From assembly GCF_041641895.1 (NCBI RefSeq), contig NZ_JBEPXO010000002.1, forward strand, positions 8,814 through 72,813: 64,000 nucleotides of DNA, read 5' to 3'. This DNA is from Salinigranum sp. (GTDB taxonomy: Archaea > Halobacteriota > Halobacteria > Halobacteriales > Haloferacaceae). The notes under the pieces were generated by a model. The model saw only the letters and a program-made list of their open reading frames with translations. It was not told where the DNA came from and made no database searches. Positions 1 through 9,543 of the stretch are shown here, in pieces. The position numbers and the translations under genes are program-made. Numbering within the stretch: position 1 is the first letter of the stretch; every line of letters begins with the position of its first letter.

Positions 1-525
1 GAGGCCTGCCCGCTCTGCGAGGTGGAGCGCCTCCGCGAACTGGTGGGCCCACATCGACGACGCGCCGACGTGCCGCACCTGCCCCCGCCGCACCGCGTCG
101 TCGAGTGCCCGCAGCGTCGTCTCGATGGGCGTGTCGTAGTCCCAGCGGTGAATCTGGTAGAGGTCGACGGTGTCCATGTCCAGCCGGGAGAGCGAGGCGT
201 CGAGTTCCTGCTCCAGCGCCTTCCGCGAGAGGCCTCCCGAGTTGGGGTCGTCCTCGCGCATCTGCGCGTACCCCTTCGTCGCGACGACGAACTCGTCGCG
301 GTCGTACTCGTCCAGTACCTCCCCCAGAATCTCCTCCGACTCGCCGTACGAGTAGACGTTCGCGGTGTCGAAGAAGGTGATTCCGAGGTCGATGGCGCGC
401 TCGATGACCTCGCGGCTCTCCTCACGGTCGAGGGTCCACTCGTCCCAGTTCGTCCCGAAGCTCATACAGCCGAGACAGATGCGCGAGACGGTCATCCCGG
501 TCTGCCCGAACGTGGTGTACTCCAT
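1..525 (-). CDS. Aldo/keto reductase, N-terminal part; runs off the left edge
   Basis: Manual translation from ATG at 525: MEYTTFGQTGMTVSRICLGCMSFG...GITFFDTANVYSYGESEEILG...VVATK...DLYQIHRWD, with the AKR catalytic D/Y/K/H motifs. Confidence 0.92.
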   Translation of the reverse strand, partial: MEYTTFGQTGMTVSRICLGCMSFGTNWDEWTLDREESREVIERAIDLGITFFDTANVYSYGESEEILGEVLDEYDRDEFVVATKGYAQMREDDPNSGGLSRKALEQELDASLSRLDMDTVDLYQIHRWDYDTPIETTLRALDDAVRRGQVRHVGASSMWAHQFAEALHLAERAGL

Positions 526-580
526 GCCCCGGCTTCGTCGAACGGGCGGATAAAGCTACGGCGGCCCCGTCGTGGTGCCG

Positions 581-1222
581 CTACCGTTCTCGGTCCTGAC
601 GGAGTTCCCACCACTCGTACCGGTGGAGACGCTCGTCGTGCCCGACGAGTCGGTCCAGCACCGCCTCGGCCATCCCTCGGCTGACCGTCGACCCGTCGGC
701 CACCTGTTCGTAGAGCCCCACGAGCGACTCCACTGCGTCGAGGTCCCGCCCGTCGAACGCCGCCCGGCAGCCGTCGCGGAACTCCTGCGGCGACCGGTGA
801 CCGTCGAGACCCGCCCGTGCCGTGAGTTCCTCCCGGACCGCGTGGTAGGCTCTGTCGACGGCCCGTTCGGCGTCGCCCGCCTCGAGCGACTCCTGTGCGG
901 GTGCGAGCGTCTCCGGCGGGACGGTGACCAGCCTCGCGGGGGCCGCCGATACGTCTGGCGACCGGGCGTCGCTCGCGCTCTCGTCTCCGCCCGACGTCGG
1001 TGGCTCCTCCCAGCCTGCCCGGGCCGGGTCGTCGAGGTAGTGACCGCCGGTCGTGTCGTTCGGCGGGAAGACGACGTGTTCGGACTGCTCGGTGGCGTCC
1101 GTCACCTCGTCGGACGGGGCAGCGGTGTCCGACCCCGTGTGGGGCGTGTACCGCCTGAGGACGAGAACCGCCACCGCGCCGAGGGCGACGAACCCTAGGG
1201 CGAACGCGGCGAACGCGCTCAT
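581..1222 (-). CDS. Membrane-anchored protein with C-terminal DUF4129-like domain
   Basis: N-terminal TM segment, acidic linker, then AVDRAYHAVR...SPQEF...LVGLYEQV, typical of DUF4129. Confidence 0.65.
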   Translation of the reverse strand: MSAFAAFALGFVALGAVAVLVLRRYTPHTGSDTAAPSDEVTDATEQSEHVVFPPNDTTGGHYLDDPARAGWEEPPTSGGDESASDARSPDVSAAPARLVTVPPETLAPAQESLEAGDAERAVDRAYHAVREELTARAGLDGHRSPQEFRDGCRAAFDGRDLDAVESLVGLYEQVADGSTVSRGMAEAVLDRLVGHDERLHRYEWWELRQDRER

Positions 1223-1431
1223 CGCTCCGGCGTCCGACGCGCCGTCTGGCTCCCGGGTGCGACCGGCGTAAACTGTGCCACCATGCGGTTCGCTACGGGT
1301 CGAACGGTTATGTCTGTTGCTGATGGTTCAGATTGTGGACATTGTAAATTTTCCAGCGCCCCCGCTCGTGACGATGTTCGGGTCACGCGCCGAGACGGAG
1401 CACCTGTGGCCGGGCGACGAACTCGGGCCGA

Positions 1432-2046
1432 CTACACCTTCCGCGCGAACGCCAACGAGCCGCTGATGTTCTCGATCTTCGCTGTGACGGTCTCGCCCTC
1501 GCGGGCGCCGGGGACGAAGATGGTGTACTTGCCGCGCTCGGCGACGCCGTCGCCCTTCCGGCCGGTGCCAGTGATCTCGACCTCGTAGGTCTTGCCCTCC
1601 TCGAGGGCGTCACGCGCCGTCTGTGAACTGGTCTGGCGCTTCTGTTTCTGGACGGGACGGAACGCCCCACACGCCGTGCAGCGGAGCATGTCGACGCCGT
1701 CTTCGGTCGTGAGCCGCGTGTCCGGCAGGCCACACTCGCTACAGAGGACGAACTCCTCGATGTAGCTCTCGATGGCCGCGTCGAAGTCGGCGACGGTGAA
1801 CGAACCGTTGTAGCGGGCCCGGTCGCCGTCGAACTGGCCCGCCGTGCCCAGTTCGCGCTGGATGGCCCGGTGGACGTGTTCGGGGTCACGCGAGAGCGCG
1901 TCGGCGATGGCGCCGAGGTTCGTCAGTCGCGTGAACGCGCCGTCCGTCTCTCCGGCGGGATCAGGTACTCGGAGTCGACGTTCCTCGCCTGTCGTTCGCT
2001 CCGGGAGCGAGTCGATGGCTCGGTCGAGAGAAGATTCGTAATCCAT
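1432..2046 (-). CDS. eif2b: Translation initiation factor aIF-2 beta with C-terminal TRAM domain
   Basis: Start MDYESSLDRA at 2046; CSECGLPDT...CTACG zinc ribbon; TRAM tail EITGTGRKGDGVAERGKYTIFVPGA. Confidence 0.93.
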   Translation of the reverse strand: MDYESSLDRAIDSLPERTTGEERRLRVPDPAGETDGAFTRLTNLGAIADALSRDPEHVHRAIQRELGTAGQFDGDRARYNGSFTVADFDAAIESYIEEFVLCSECGLPDTRLTTEDGVDMLRCTACGAFRPVQKQKRQTSSQTARDALEEGKTYEVEITGTGRKGDGVAERGKYTIFVPGAREGETVTAKIENISGSLAFARKV

Positions 2047-2169
2047 ATCGTGGGAAGACGCCGGAGACAGATAGGCGTTGGCAATCGGAGACTCGTCCAC
2101 GGACCGCCCAGTCGACGCGCCGCCCGCGGGCACCGACAGGACGATGAGGCTCACGGGCGAGCGAGTCGT

Positions 2170-2415
2170 ATGGCACCCACAGTCCGGATTCCGATTCCGA
2201 TTCCCGCCGACCGCCCGCTCGGCGAGACGCTCCGCCGCGTCGAAACCGCCGTCTGGTCGCTCTGTACGCTCGCGACGGCACTCCTCCTCGTCGCCTGCGT
2301 CGCCGGCGCGTTCGTCGTCGCCGCTCAGCCGGTGACGCTCCCCGTCGCGTCCCTCCTCGCCTGCGTCGTCGTCGGTACGCTCGCGTTCGTGGTGGCCGAC
2401 GTCGTCTCCGAGTGA
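2170..2415 (+). CDS. Small two-TM membrane protein (81 aa)
   Basis: ATG at 2170; two hydrophobic helices (VWSLCTLATALLLVACVAGAFVV; LPVASLLACVVVGTLAFVV). Confidence 0.55.
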   Translation: MAPTVRIPIPIPADRPLGETLRRVETAVWSLCTLATALLLVACVAGAFVVAAQPVTLPVASLLACVVVGTLAFVVADVVSE

Positions 2416-2516
2416 CTGGAGCGATTCGGGGCGACGCTGTGCCGAGGCCGTTGGCGACGTCCGCCCGCGTCACCCGCGTCACCCGCGTCGACGCGCGCCT
2501 CACGGTCTCGCGGCTC

Positions 2517-3362
2517 TCACTCCCGGGAGTCGTGTCGCTGATAGATGACGTGCCCGCAGGCCTTGCAGTGTGAGGCGTCGGCGTCGTGATACTCCAGTCC
2601 GCAGTTCGGGCAGGTCACGTTCCGCATGTCCCGGTGGGTCCACTCGCGGACGATTTTCGACGCCTGCCACGGGATGAGGATGACGCCCGCGAGGATGGCC
2701 GCGATGGTCACGAATCGCCCGGCCTGTGTGGTCGGCGTGATGTCGCCGAACCCGACGGTCGTGAGCGTGACGACGGTGAAGTAGAACGCGTCGCCGAACG
2801 TGTTCACCCGGGCGTTGACCCCGTGCTCGAACTCGTAGAACAGCCCCGCGGCGACGAAGAAGATGGCGACGACGGTCATCAGGAGCTTCATCACCCGGAG
2901 CGTCTCGACCGTGACGGTCCCGAAGAAGAACTCCTCGTCGCGCGTGAACCGGAAGAACCGGAGGACGCGGACGACGCGGAGCAGTCGCAGGACGCCGAGT
3001 CCCGCTGCGCCCGCCGGATACACCGGCCCCGCGAGGACGGCGAACGTCGGGAGAATCGCGAGCAGGTCGACGACGGTGTACGGGTTCGCCACCTCGGCCA
3101 ACCGGCTGCGCGCGCCGTAGACGCGGAGCAGGTACTCGACGAGGAACACTGTCGCGACGACGACTTCGACGACCCAGAGCGCCGTCTCATGTATCGGAGC
3201 GAGCGGGTACGTGTCGGCGACGAACAACGCGATGAACAGGAGGTTCAGCCCGAGCAACGCGACGTCGAGGCTCTTTCCCACCGTCGTCCGGTGGTCGATG
3301 AGGTAGAAGCGGACCGTGTCGCGGTAGGTTCGGGTCGTACCGTGGCCCCGCTGGCCGTCCAT
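2517..3362 (-). CDS. Voltage-gated-type potassium channel with C-terminal zinc ribbon
   Basis: TLTTVGFGD selectivity filter; S4-like RLLRVVRVLRFFR; C-terminal CPNCG...CKACG. Confidence 0.9.
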   Translation of the reverse strand: MDGQRGHGTTRTYRDTVRFYLIDHRTTVGKSLDVALLGLNLLFIALFVADTYPLAPIHETALWVVEVVVATVFLVEYLLRVYGARSRLAEVANPYTVVDLLAILPTFAVLAGPVYPAGAAGLGVLRLLRVVRVLRFFRFTRDEEFFFGTVTVETLRVMKLLMTVVAIFFVAAGLFYEFEHGVNARVNTFGDAFYFTVVTLTTVGFGDITPTTQAGRFVTIAAILAGVILIPWQASKIVREWTHRDMRNVTCPNCGLEYHDADASHCKACGHVIYQRHDSRE

Positions 3363-3445
3363 ACTCCCCCTATCAGGTACGGCCGACTAAGCGTTCCGGA
3401 CCGCGTCGTGGGGTCGTGTCACACGCTATCGCGCGTCTCCAATGA

Positions 3446-3451
3446 CTTAAC
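3446..3451 (+). promoter_or_regulatory. TATA box of aIF-1A gene
   Basis: CTTAAC about 25 nt upstream of the ATG at 3476, the leaderless haloarchaeal spacing. Confidence 0.55.
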
Positions 3452-3475
3452 CGTCGGGGACTCCTATCGCTGACA

Positions 3476-3760
3476 ATGAGTGAAGAAGTCGAGCGGAAGA
3501 ACCTCCGCATGCCGAACGGCAGCGAGCTGTTCGCAGTCGTCACAGAACACAACGGCGGAAACCACGTCCGCGTCCGCTGTGAGGACGGGAAGAACCGGAT
3601 GGGCCGGATCCCCGGCCGAATGAAGTACCGGACCTGGATCAACGAGGGCGACGTGGTCCTCGTCGAGCCGTGGGACTGGCAGGACGAGAAGGCCAACATC
3701 GAGTGGCGCTACTCCGGACAGGACGCCGACCAGCTCCGCCGCGAAGGCCACATCGAGTAA
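3476..3760 (+). CDS. eif1a: Translation initiation factor aIF-1A
   Basis: [47 protein letters not shown], the eIF1A OB-fold signature. Confidence 0.97.
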   Translation: MSEEVERKNLRMPNGSELFAVVTEHNGGNHVRVRCEDGKNRMGRIPGRMKYRTWINEGDVVLVEPWDWQDEKANIEWRYSGQDADQLRREGHIE

Positions 3761-3916
3761 TCCGCGTCGCCGCTCGTCTCGTCCGCCCGCCTCGAGACAC
3801 CGCAGTTTCCTTTCGACCACGACTCCCGCCCAGCCCCGCGGCCGGCAGCCGTGCCTGTTACACGTCGGGGTCGGGTTCCAAGCCCGGCCTCCCCTCAGAT
3901 CCCGTGATTGGTACCC

Positions 3917-4774
3917 TCACCCGCCGTAGACGACGATCTGGTGACCGTCCCGGCTGGCGATCTGACTGGGGACGATCACGTAGTCGTCCGCGTCCTGGCT
4001 GCCCCAGCCGAGTTCGGTTTTGACCTCGTCCAGCAGTCCGGGGTCGGGGTCGACGTAGAGTCGCTCGTCGTCCTCGTCGACGGCCTCGACGATACCGACC
4101 TCGTTGCCGTCGCGGTCGAACACCCGCTTGCCCTGGTCGCTCGCGTCGACCGTCGAGACGTCGACAGTCGCGGTTCCGGCTCTGATTCCGGCTGGGCCGT
4201 CGGCCTCTGTCTCCGTCCCCGTCTCCCCGTCGGTGGCCGACTCGCCCCCGGCGAGGTCGGTCGTCGCCGTCCCATCCGCGTGCGGGTCGGCCGTCCCGGC
4301 GACGTCCTCGTTCGGGTCGACGCGCCCGCGGTCGTCCGTCGCTCCGGCGCGGTCGGTGCCCGTCTCGGCCTCGGCCTCGCTCTCGCCTTCGGCCGAGACG
4401 TCCCACGCCGCCGTGCTCGTCTCGTCGGTGTCGGTCTCCGGCGTCACTCCGGACGTCTCGTCGGTGTCGGTCTCCGGCGTCACTCCGGACGTCTCGCGCG
4501 CCTCCCTCTGGTCTACGAACCGGGCCGTCGGGGCGTCCCCGTCGGCCTCGTCGGCGTCGTCGTAGACGAGGGCCTCGTCCCGGTCGGCGAATCGTTCCGA
4601 GAACTCGTCCCACTCGTGACGCTCGCTGTCTTCGGTGACGTCCCCTTCGTACACCATCTCGTACTGGTCCCGCTCGGGGTAGTAGACGGGCACCACGCCC
4701 CGCTCCGCGCTCCACGTTCGAATCGCCTCTGTGTCTACCAACACGCCGTGCGTCGTCTCTTGCTGGTCGTCCAT
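3917..4774 (-). CDS. Very acidic hypothetical protein with C-terminal PRC-barrel-like domain
   Basis: D/E-rich with halophile codon usage; C-terminal DQGKRVFDRDGNEVGIVEAVD...LYVDPDPG resembles haloarchaeal PRC-barrels. Confidence 0.7.
   Translation of the reverse strand: MDDQQETTHGVLVDTEAIRTWSAERGVVPVYYPERDQYEMVYEGDVTEDSERHEWDEFSERFADRDEALVYDDADEADGDAPTARFVDQREARETSGVTPETDTDETSGVTPETDTDETSTAAWDVSAEGESEAEAETGTDRAGATDDRGRVDPNEDVAGTADPHADGTATTDLAGGESATDGETGTETEADGPAGIRAGTATVDVSTVDASDQGKRVFDRDGNEVGIVEAVDEDDERLYVDPDPGLLDEVKTELGWGSQDADDYVIVPSQIASRDGHQIVVYGG
4419..4496. repeat. In-frame 36-bp perfect tandem repeat (2 copies plus 6 nt)
   Basis: GTCTCGTCGGTGTCGGTCTCCGGCGTCACTCCGGAC at 4419-4454 and 4455-4490; encodes SGVTPETDTDET twice on the minus strand. 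Confidence 0.95.
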
Positions 4775-4984
4775 CGTGACTGGAGAGACGCGGGTCGGTT
4801 CCTTCGCCCCGGTGCTTGTAACTGCACCCCCGCCCGATCCGGTGAGACGACGGTGATAGTGCCCGGAAGACGGGGGCTTCGTCGACGTCGCCCCGAGAGT
4901 GGTCCCGGGGACTCGTCAGACGCCGACTCTCCCGGCGCACGAAAGCAACGAGTTCAGTCCCGTCGGTACCCCCGACCGACATGG

Positions 4985-5218
4985 ATGAGCCTACCAGAGC
5001 ACCAGACGTCGACGACCGACGACCGCATCGAGACGAACTCGCCGACGGACGCCGTTCCCGGTGACGTGGCCGCGCAACTGGTCGCGCTGGCCGCCGTCGG
5101 TTCGGTCCTCTACTCGTGGTACCACTTCTACGTCCGCGGCAACGAGACGTACGGGCTGTTCACCGGCCTGTGGGCACCGACGCTGCTCGCGTTCGCCAGC
5201 TACCTGCAGAACGACTGA
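4985..5218 (+). CDS. Small two-TM membrane protein (77 aa)
   Basis: MSLPEHQ...LVALAAVGSVLYSWYHFYVRGNETYGLFTGLWAPTLLAFASYLQND; followed by an oligo-T tract. Confidence 0.75.
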   Translation: MSLPEHQTSTTDDRIETNSPTDAVPGDVAAQLVALAAVGSVLYSWYHFYVRGNETYGLFTGLWAPTLLAFASYLQND

Positions 5219-5236
5219 ACTGCCGCGTCGTTTCGC

Positions 5237-5242
5237 TTTTTT
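5237..5242 (+). terminator. Oligo-T archaeal terminator candidate
   Basis: TTTTTT 19 nt after the stop at 5218, between convergent genes. Confidence 0.5.
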
Positions 5243-5308
5243 GCTCGCGTGGGTCGTCAGGCCCAGCCGTCGGGCCGTGACGGAGTCGGGTCGGTTCGGA
5301 GCTACCAG

Positions 5309-6136
5309 TCAGGACGAGCGGTTCGACGACGTCGCGTCGGCGTGTTCACCCCGACCCTCCTCCACCGATAGCGACCCGCCGCGGTTCTCCCGTTCGCCGG
5401 GAGGCATCCCGACGCCGGGTGGTCGTTCTCGCGGGTCGTCGAGCCAGCCCTTCTGACTGTGGAGGACGCGGTACATCGCCTGGAGCACCCGCTGTGACCG
5501 ACTGTGCTCGACGCGTGCCTCCACCCGCCCGTCGCGGATGGCGTCGACGACGCCCTCGGCCGTCGGTTCGGCGTCGTGGATTTCGGTGTAGGCCCGACCG
5601 ACCTCGATGGGGAGGTGCGCGTCGCTCCCTCCGACGAGGGGCAGGCCGCGCTCCTCGGCGTAGCGACGGACCCGGTCGGTCGACTCCGTCCCCTTGCCGT
5701 TGACCTCGACGGCGTCGAACGCGGCGTCCGTCTCCCGGACGGTGCTGTTCCGGAACGGGTGGGCGACGATTGCTGCACAGCCGCGGTCGTGGGCGATGTC
5801 GACGACCTGCTCGGGGGAGAGCTCCCCGGCGTCGGTCAGTTTCGGCGGCGACGGTCCCACGACCAGCACGTGGCCGTGCGACGTCGTCACCTCGTTCCCC
5901 GGGAGGAGCGACACGCCGTCCGTCCCGCCGCGCAGTTCGCGGTAGTAGTCGTGGTTGGTCGTCGCGACTGCGTCCAGTTCCCGGCGTCGGGCGACCCGGG
6001 CCAGCATCTTCGCCCCGAGCGGGTCGTAGACGCGGGCGAGGCGGGGGAAGCCGTGGAAGAATCGAGTGTGTGCGTGAAGGTCGACGGAGATGGTCACGTC
6101 CCGTGTCGGGCGTGGTCGCGTTTCAACGTTCGGCAC
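5309..6136 (-). CDS. PHP-domain metallophosphoesterase
   Basis: DLHAHT, ATTNHD, GHVLV, AHPFR and GGSDAH PHP metal-ligand motifs. Confidence 0.9.
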   Translation of the reverse strand: MPNVETRPRPTRDVTISVDLHAHTRFFHGFPRLARVYDPLGAKMLARVARRRELDAVATTNHDYYRELRGGTDGVSLLPGNEVTTSHGHVLVVGPSPPKLTDAGELSPEQVVDIAHDRGCAAIVAHPFRNSTVRETDAAFDAVEVNGKGTESTDRVRRYAEERGLPLVGGSDAHLPIEVGRAYTEIHDAEPTAEGVVDAIRDGRVEARVEHSRSQRVLQAMYRVLHSQKGWLDDPRERPPGVGMPPGERENRGGSLSVEEGRGEHADATSSNRSS

Positions 6137-6193
6137 GCTACTGCGCGGTGGTCAGCGGGCCCTGCTCCGCTCTCACTCCCGGGGTGCGGCCCC

Positions 6194-6688
6194 TCAGCCG
6201 AACAGGCGCCGGAGCCGCGACGGGACGTCGACGCTCCGCCGACACATGATGGCCGTGTGGTCGATGCGGTCGGCGACTGCTTCGGGCGTCGCCCCGAAGA
6301 CGAGTCGCTGGAGGACGCCCTCCCGCGACGCGCCGATGGCGGTCACGTCGTGGCCGGCCGCCTCGGCGACCAGCGTCTCCTCGACGTGGTCGCCCTCGAC
6401 CAGCCGGGTCCGAACGTCGAGGTCGGTCCCATCGTCCGCCGTCTGGCCGGCCAGCACGGCCTCGGCCTCGGCGAGTCGCGCCCGCTCGGTCTCCCGGTCG
6501 GCGTCCGACCCGACCACGCGGACCACGTCGACCTCCGCGCCCGTCGACCGGGCGACGGTGGCAGCCGTCTCCGCAGCGAGTTCGGCGTGGGTGCTGTCGG
6601 CCCACGGGAGGAGGACGGAGTGGACGGTCTCGACCCCGTTCTCGTCGACGTCACCGACCTTCTCGACGGACACGGCGGCGTCGTCCAT
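6194..6688 (-). CDS. Universal stress protein (UspA family)
   Basis: SVLLPWADSTHA...IGASREGVLQRLVFGATPEAVA; start MDDAAV at 6688. Confidence 0.85.
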   Translation of the reverse strand: MDDAAVSVEKVGDVDENGVETVHSVLLPWADSTHAELAAETAATVARSTGAEVDVVRVVGSDADRETERARLAEAEAVLAGQTADDGTDLDVRTRLVEGDHVEETLVAEAAGHDVTAIGASREGVLQRLVFGATPEAVADRIDHTAIMCRRSVDVPSRLRRLFG

Positions 6689-6839
6689 CGAGTTGTCTCG
6701 CTCGTCTAGCCGACGCGCCGGCAGTTGTCGACACTGCCTTCGCATGCGTCCGGCTGAGCGCTCGCTCCTGGCCCACCGTCACCGTCCGACGGCCGACGCG
6801 TTCGCGCCCGCGACAGGGTGTCAAGGGGTCGTCGACGCC

Positions 6840-8348
6840 TCACCGACGCTCGTGGAGTTCTGCCTCGGGGGCGTCCTCGACGACTGCTCGGGCGGTACGC
6901 TCCCCGCTGATGAGACACATCGGCATCCCGATGCCCGGCGTCGTGTACGCGCCGGCGTAGTAGAGACCGTCGGGGCCGTCGCGCCGCCCGGGACGGAGTG
7001 GCCCGGTCTGGAAGAGGGTGTGTGCGAGTCCCAGCGCGGTCCCCTGCGGGTCGTCGAACCACGTCTCGAACTCGCTGACACAGGCCGACTCCTCGACGAC
7101 GATTCGGTCGCGGAGGTCGACGCCCGTCTGTGCGGCGAGGTCCGAGAGGACCCGTTCCCGGTACCGCTCGCGGGTCTCGGGTCCGTCGTCGAGTCCCGGT
7201 GCGATGGGGACGAGGACGACCACCGCGTGGTGGCCCTCGGGGGCGACCGAGTCGTCGGTCTTCGAGGCGACCGACAGATAGTACGCCGGGTCGTCGGGCC
7301 ACGCCGGCCGGTCGAATATCTGCTCGAAGTGGTCGTCCCAGTCGGTCGGTAGCACCAGCGTGTGGTGCGCGAGCGGGTCGACGTCGCCTTCGACTCCGAG
7401 GTAGAGCATGAAGGCCGACGGCGCGTACGTCTTCTCGGCCCACTCGTCGGGCGACCGGTCGCGTCGCTCCGGCGGGAGGAGGTCACGCTCGACGTGGGCG
7501 GGGTTGGCGTTGCTGACGACGACGTCCGTGTGCTCGACGCCGGCGTCGGTCTCTAGCTCGAACGCCCCTCGCTCGCCCCGGATGCGGTTGACCTCGGTCT
7601 CCGTCTCGATGTCGACGCCCTGCTCGCGGGCGAGTTCGGCGAGCGCGTCGACGACGCCCGCGATGCCGCCCTCGGGGTAGAAGACGTTCCCGTTCAGGTC
7701 GACGTGGCTCATGATGCTGTACAGGGCCGGCGTGTTGGTCGGGGCCCCGCCGAGGAAGACGAGGGTGTACTCCAGCAGTTGACGGAGCTTCGGGTGTTCG
7801 ACGTACCGCGACACGTAGTCGTCCATCGTCCCGAACAGCCGGGCCCGCGTGGCCATCGGCAGCAGGTCCGTGTCGATGTAGTCCCGAAGCCGGTCACGGT
7901 CCCGGTAGACGACGCGGTTCATCGCCAGTTCGTAGTTGCGCTCGGCCGCCGCGAGATACTCCTCGAGCGCCTCGCCGGCACCCGACTCGTACGACTCGAA
8001 CAGTTCGTGGACGTTCCGGCGGTAGGGCTCGACCGTCGCCCGGTCGCCGTCCTTCCAGAACACCCGGTACTGCGGGTCGAGCCGTTCGAGGTCGTAGTAC
8101 TCCTCGGGCGTCCGGTCGAAGTGTCCGAAGAACCGCTCGAAGACGTCCGGCATCAGATACCACGACGGCCCGGTGTCGAACCGGAAGCCGTCGCGTTCGA
8201 GCACGCCTGCGTGCCCGCCGAGTCGGTCGTGCTGTTCGACCAGTCGGACGTCCGCCCCGGCCCGCGCGAGGTACGCGGCCGCCGACAGCCCGCCGAACCC
8301 ACCGCCGACGACCGTGACCCGTCGGTCTCCGGGTAACACGTCGCGCAT
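6840..8348 (-). CDS. crtI: Phytoene desaturase family carotenoid desaturase
   Basis: VVGGGFGGLSAA FAD motif; GFRFDTGPSWYLMPD; YAGAYTTPGIGMPMCLISG C-terminal CrtI motif. Confidence 0.9.
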   Translation of the reverse strand: MRDVLPGDRRVTVVGGGFGGLSAAAYLARAGADVRLVEQHDRLGGHAGVLERDGFRFDTGPSWYLMPDVFERFFGHFDRTPEEYYDLERLDPQYRVFWKDGDRATVEPYRRNVHELFESYESGAGEALEEYLAAAERNYELAMNRVVYRDRDRLRDYIDTDLLPMATRARLFGTMDDYVSRYVEHPKLRQLLEYTLVFLGGAPTNTPALYSIMSHVDLNGNVFYPEGGIAGVVDALAELAREQGVDIETETEVNRIRGERGAFELETDAGVEHTDVVVSNANPAHVERDLLPPERRDRSPDEWAEKTYAPSAFMLYLGVEGDVDPLAHHTLVLPTDWDDHFEQIFDRPAWPDDPAYYLSVASKTDDSVAPEGHHAVVVLVPIAPGLDDGPETRERYRERVLSDLAAQTGVDLRDRIVVEESACVSEFETWFDDPQGTALGLAHTLFQTGPLRPGRRDGPDGLYYAGAYTTPGIGMPMCLISGERTARAVVEDAPEAELHERR

Positions 8349-8390
8349 ACGTGGACCCACGGCTCCCGGAGGGAAGTCCCTGACAGCCGT

Positions 8391-8425
8391 TCCCAGCCAG
8401 TTGGAATCCGTTCGGTCGTTTATTA
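8391..8425 (+). promoter_or_regulatory. brp promoter: TATA box plus Bat-UAS-like element
   Basis: TTTATTA at 8419-8425, 25 nt before the ATG; TCCCAGCCAGTTGGA at 8391-8405 resembles the recalled Halobacterium UAS ACCcnactagTTnGG. Confidence 0.5.
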
Positions 8426-8449
8426 GGGACGCGTCCTCCGTACCTACAG

Positions 8450-9514
8450 ATGAGTGCGCTCAGTCAGGCCGCGGTCCGACGATGGCACCGCCAGTCAGAC
8501 GTCCACCCATCGCTCACGCTCTCCCGGGCGGCACTGCTCGTGCTCGCCGTCGGGTTCGTCCTCGTCAGAGCCGCGGGCGTCACCGTCCCGCTCGAGGCGC
8601 AGATGGTCGTCTACCTCGTCGGGATGGTCGCGCTCAACCTCCCACACGGCGGCTACGAACACTTCGAGAACCTCCGGCGCCGCCGGCCGACGTTCCGCTG
8701 GCGGTACGTCGCAACCTACCTCGTCGCCATCACGGGGTTCGTCGCCCTGTTCGTCGTCGCGCCGGTGGCCGGCCTCGTGCTCGCCCTGGCCGTCGCCGTC
8801 GCGAAGGGCGGCGTCGGCGGGGTGCACGTGATGGAGGCGACGAGCGGCACCGACCACCTCCGGACGCGGGTCCAGCGCGCACTGGCCGTCGCCGTCCGCG
8901 GCGGGAGCGTCATGCTCGTTCCCATCGTCTTCTGGCCGGAGACGTTCCACACGTTCAGCGCGCTGATGGTCGGTCTCGTCGACCCCGGCGGCCTCGCTCC
9001 GTACGCCGCGTCCTTCGACGTCACCCGACCGCTCGTCGCCGGTGGCTACGGGCTCGCGCTCGTCGCTCACCTCGGCCTCGGCTACCTCCGCGGCGGCGGC
9101 CGGTCGTGGCTCGTCGACGCCGGCGAGACGCTCCTCCTCGTCGCGTTCTTCGCGGCCGTCCCGGTACTGGTCGCCGTCGGCCTCTACTTCCCGTTCTGGT
9201 ACTCGGCCCGACAGGTCGCACGCACCCGGACGGTCGACGACAGCCACGTCGGCGACGACGGCTGGGACCTCATCGGCGACGGCGACCCCTCGGTGGTCGC
9301 GCTCCGCGCGTGGCTGGTCCTCATCGCCGGTGCGCTCGCGACGTTCGCCGTCCTGGCCGGCGTCTACTGGGCCTTCCCGAACCCGCTCGCTGGCGCCCCG
9401 TTCCTCCCCGGCGCCGTCGCGTTCTGGAGCGTCTTCATCAGCATCGTCGCGCTTCCGCACGTCGTCGTCGGCTCACTGCTCGACGGGGACCGCGGTATCT
9501 GGTACGTCCCCTGA
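8450..9514 (+). CDS. brp: Brp/Blh beta-carotene 15,15'-dioxygenase (retinal-forming)
   Basis: NLPHGGYEHFENLRRR, AKGGVGG, GLYFPFWYSARQVAR, FISIVALPHVVVG...GIWYVP closely follow Halobacterium Brp as recalled. Confidence 0.92.
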   Translation: MSALSQAAVRRWHRQSDVHPSLTLSRAALLVLAVGFVLVRAAGVTVPLEAQMVVYLVGMVALNLPHGGYEHFENLRRRRPTFRWRYVATYLVAITGFVALFVVAPVAGLVLALAVAVAKGGVGGVHVMEATSGTDHLRTRVQRALAVAVRGGSVMLVPIVFWPETFHTFSALMVGLVDPGGLAPYAASFDVTRPLVAGGYGLALVAHLGLGYLRGGGRSWLVDAGETLLLVAFFAAVPVLVAVGLYFPFWYSARQVARTRTVDDSHVGDDGWDLIGDGDPSVVALRAWLVLIAGALATFAVLAGVYWAFPNPLAGAPFLPGAVAFWSVFISIVALPHVVVGSLLDGDRGIWYVP

Positions 9515-9543
9515 CGCCGTCGCGCCGTCCGGCGGACTCCCGG

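Noticed and set aside
1219-1284. 21-aa minus-strand uORF (MVAQFTPVAPGSQTARRTPER) whose stop overlaps the DUF4129 start (ATGA)
   Set aside because: Too short and motif-free; the overlap can arise by chance.
2465-2491. 9-bp tandem repeat CCGCGTCAC (about 3 copies) between convergent genes
   Set aside because: Short GC-rich slippage repeat with no spacers or functional context.
9190-9225. Brp reads WYSARQ where bacterial Blh has two iron-ligand His residues
   Set aside because: As recalled, Halobacterium Brp has the same WYSARQ, so this is a family trait rather than a lesion.
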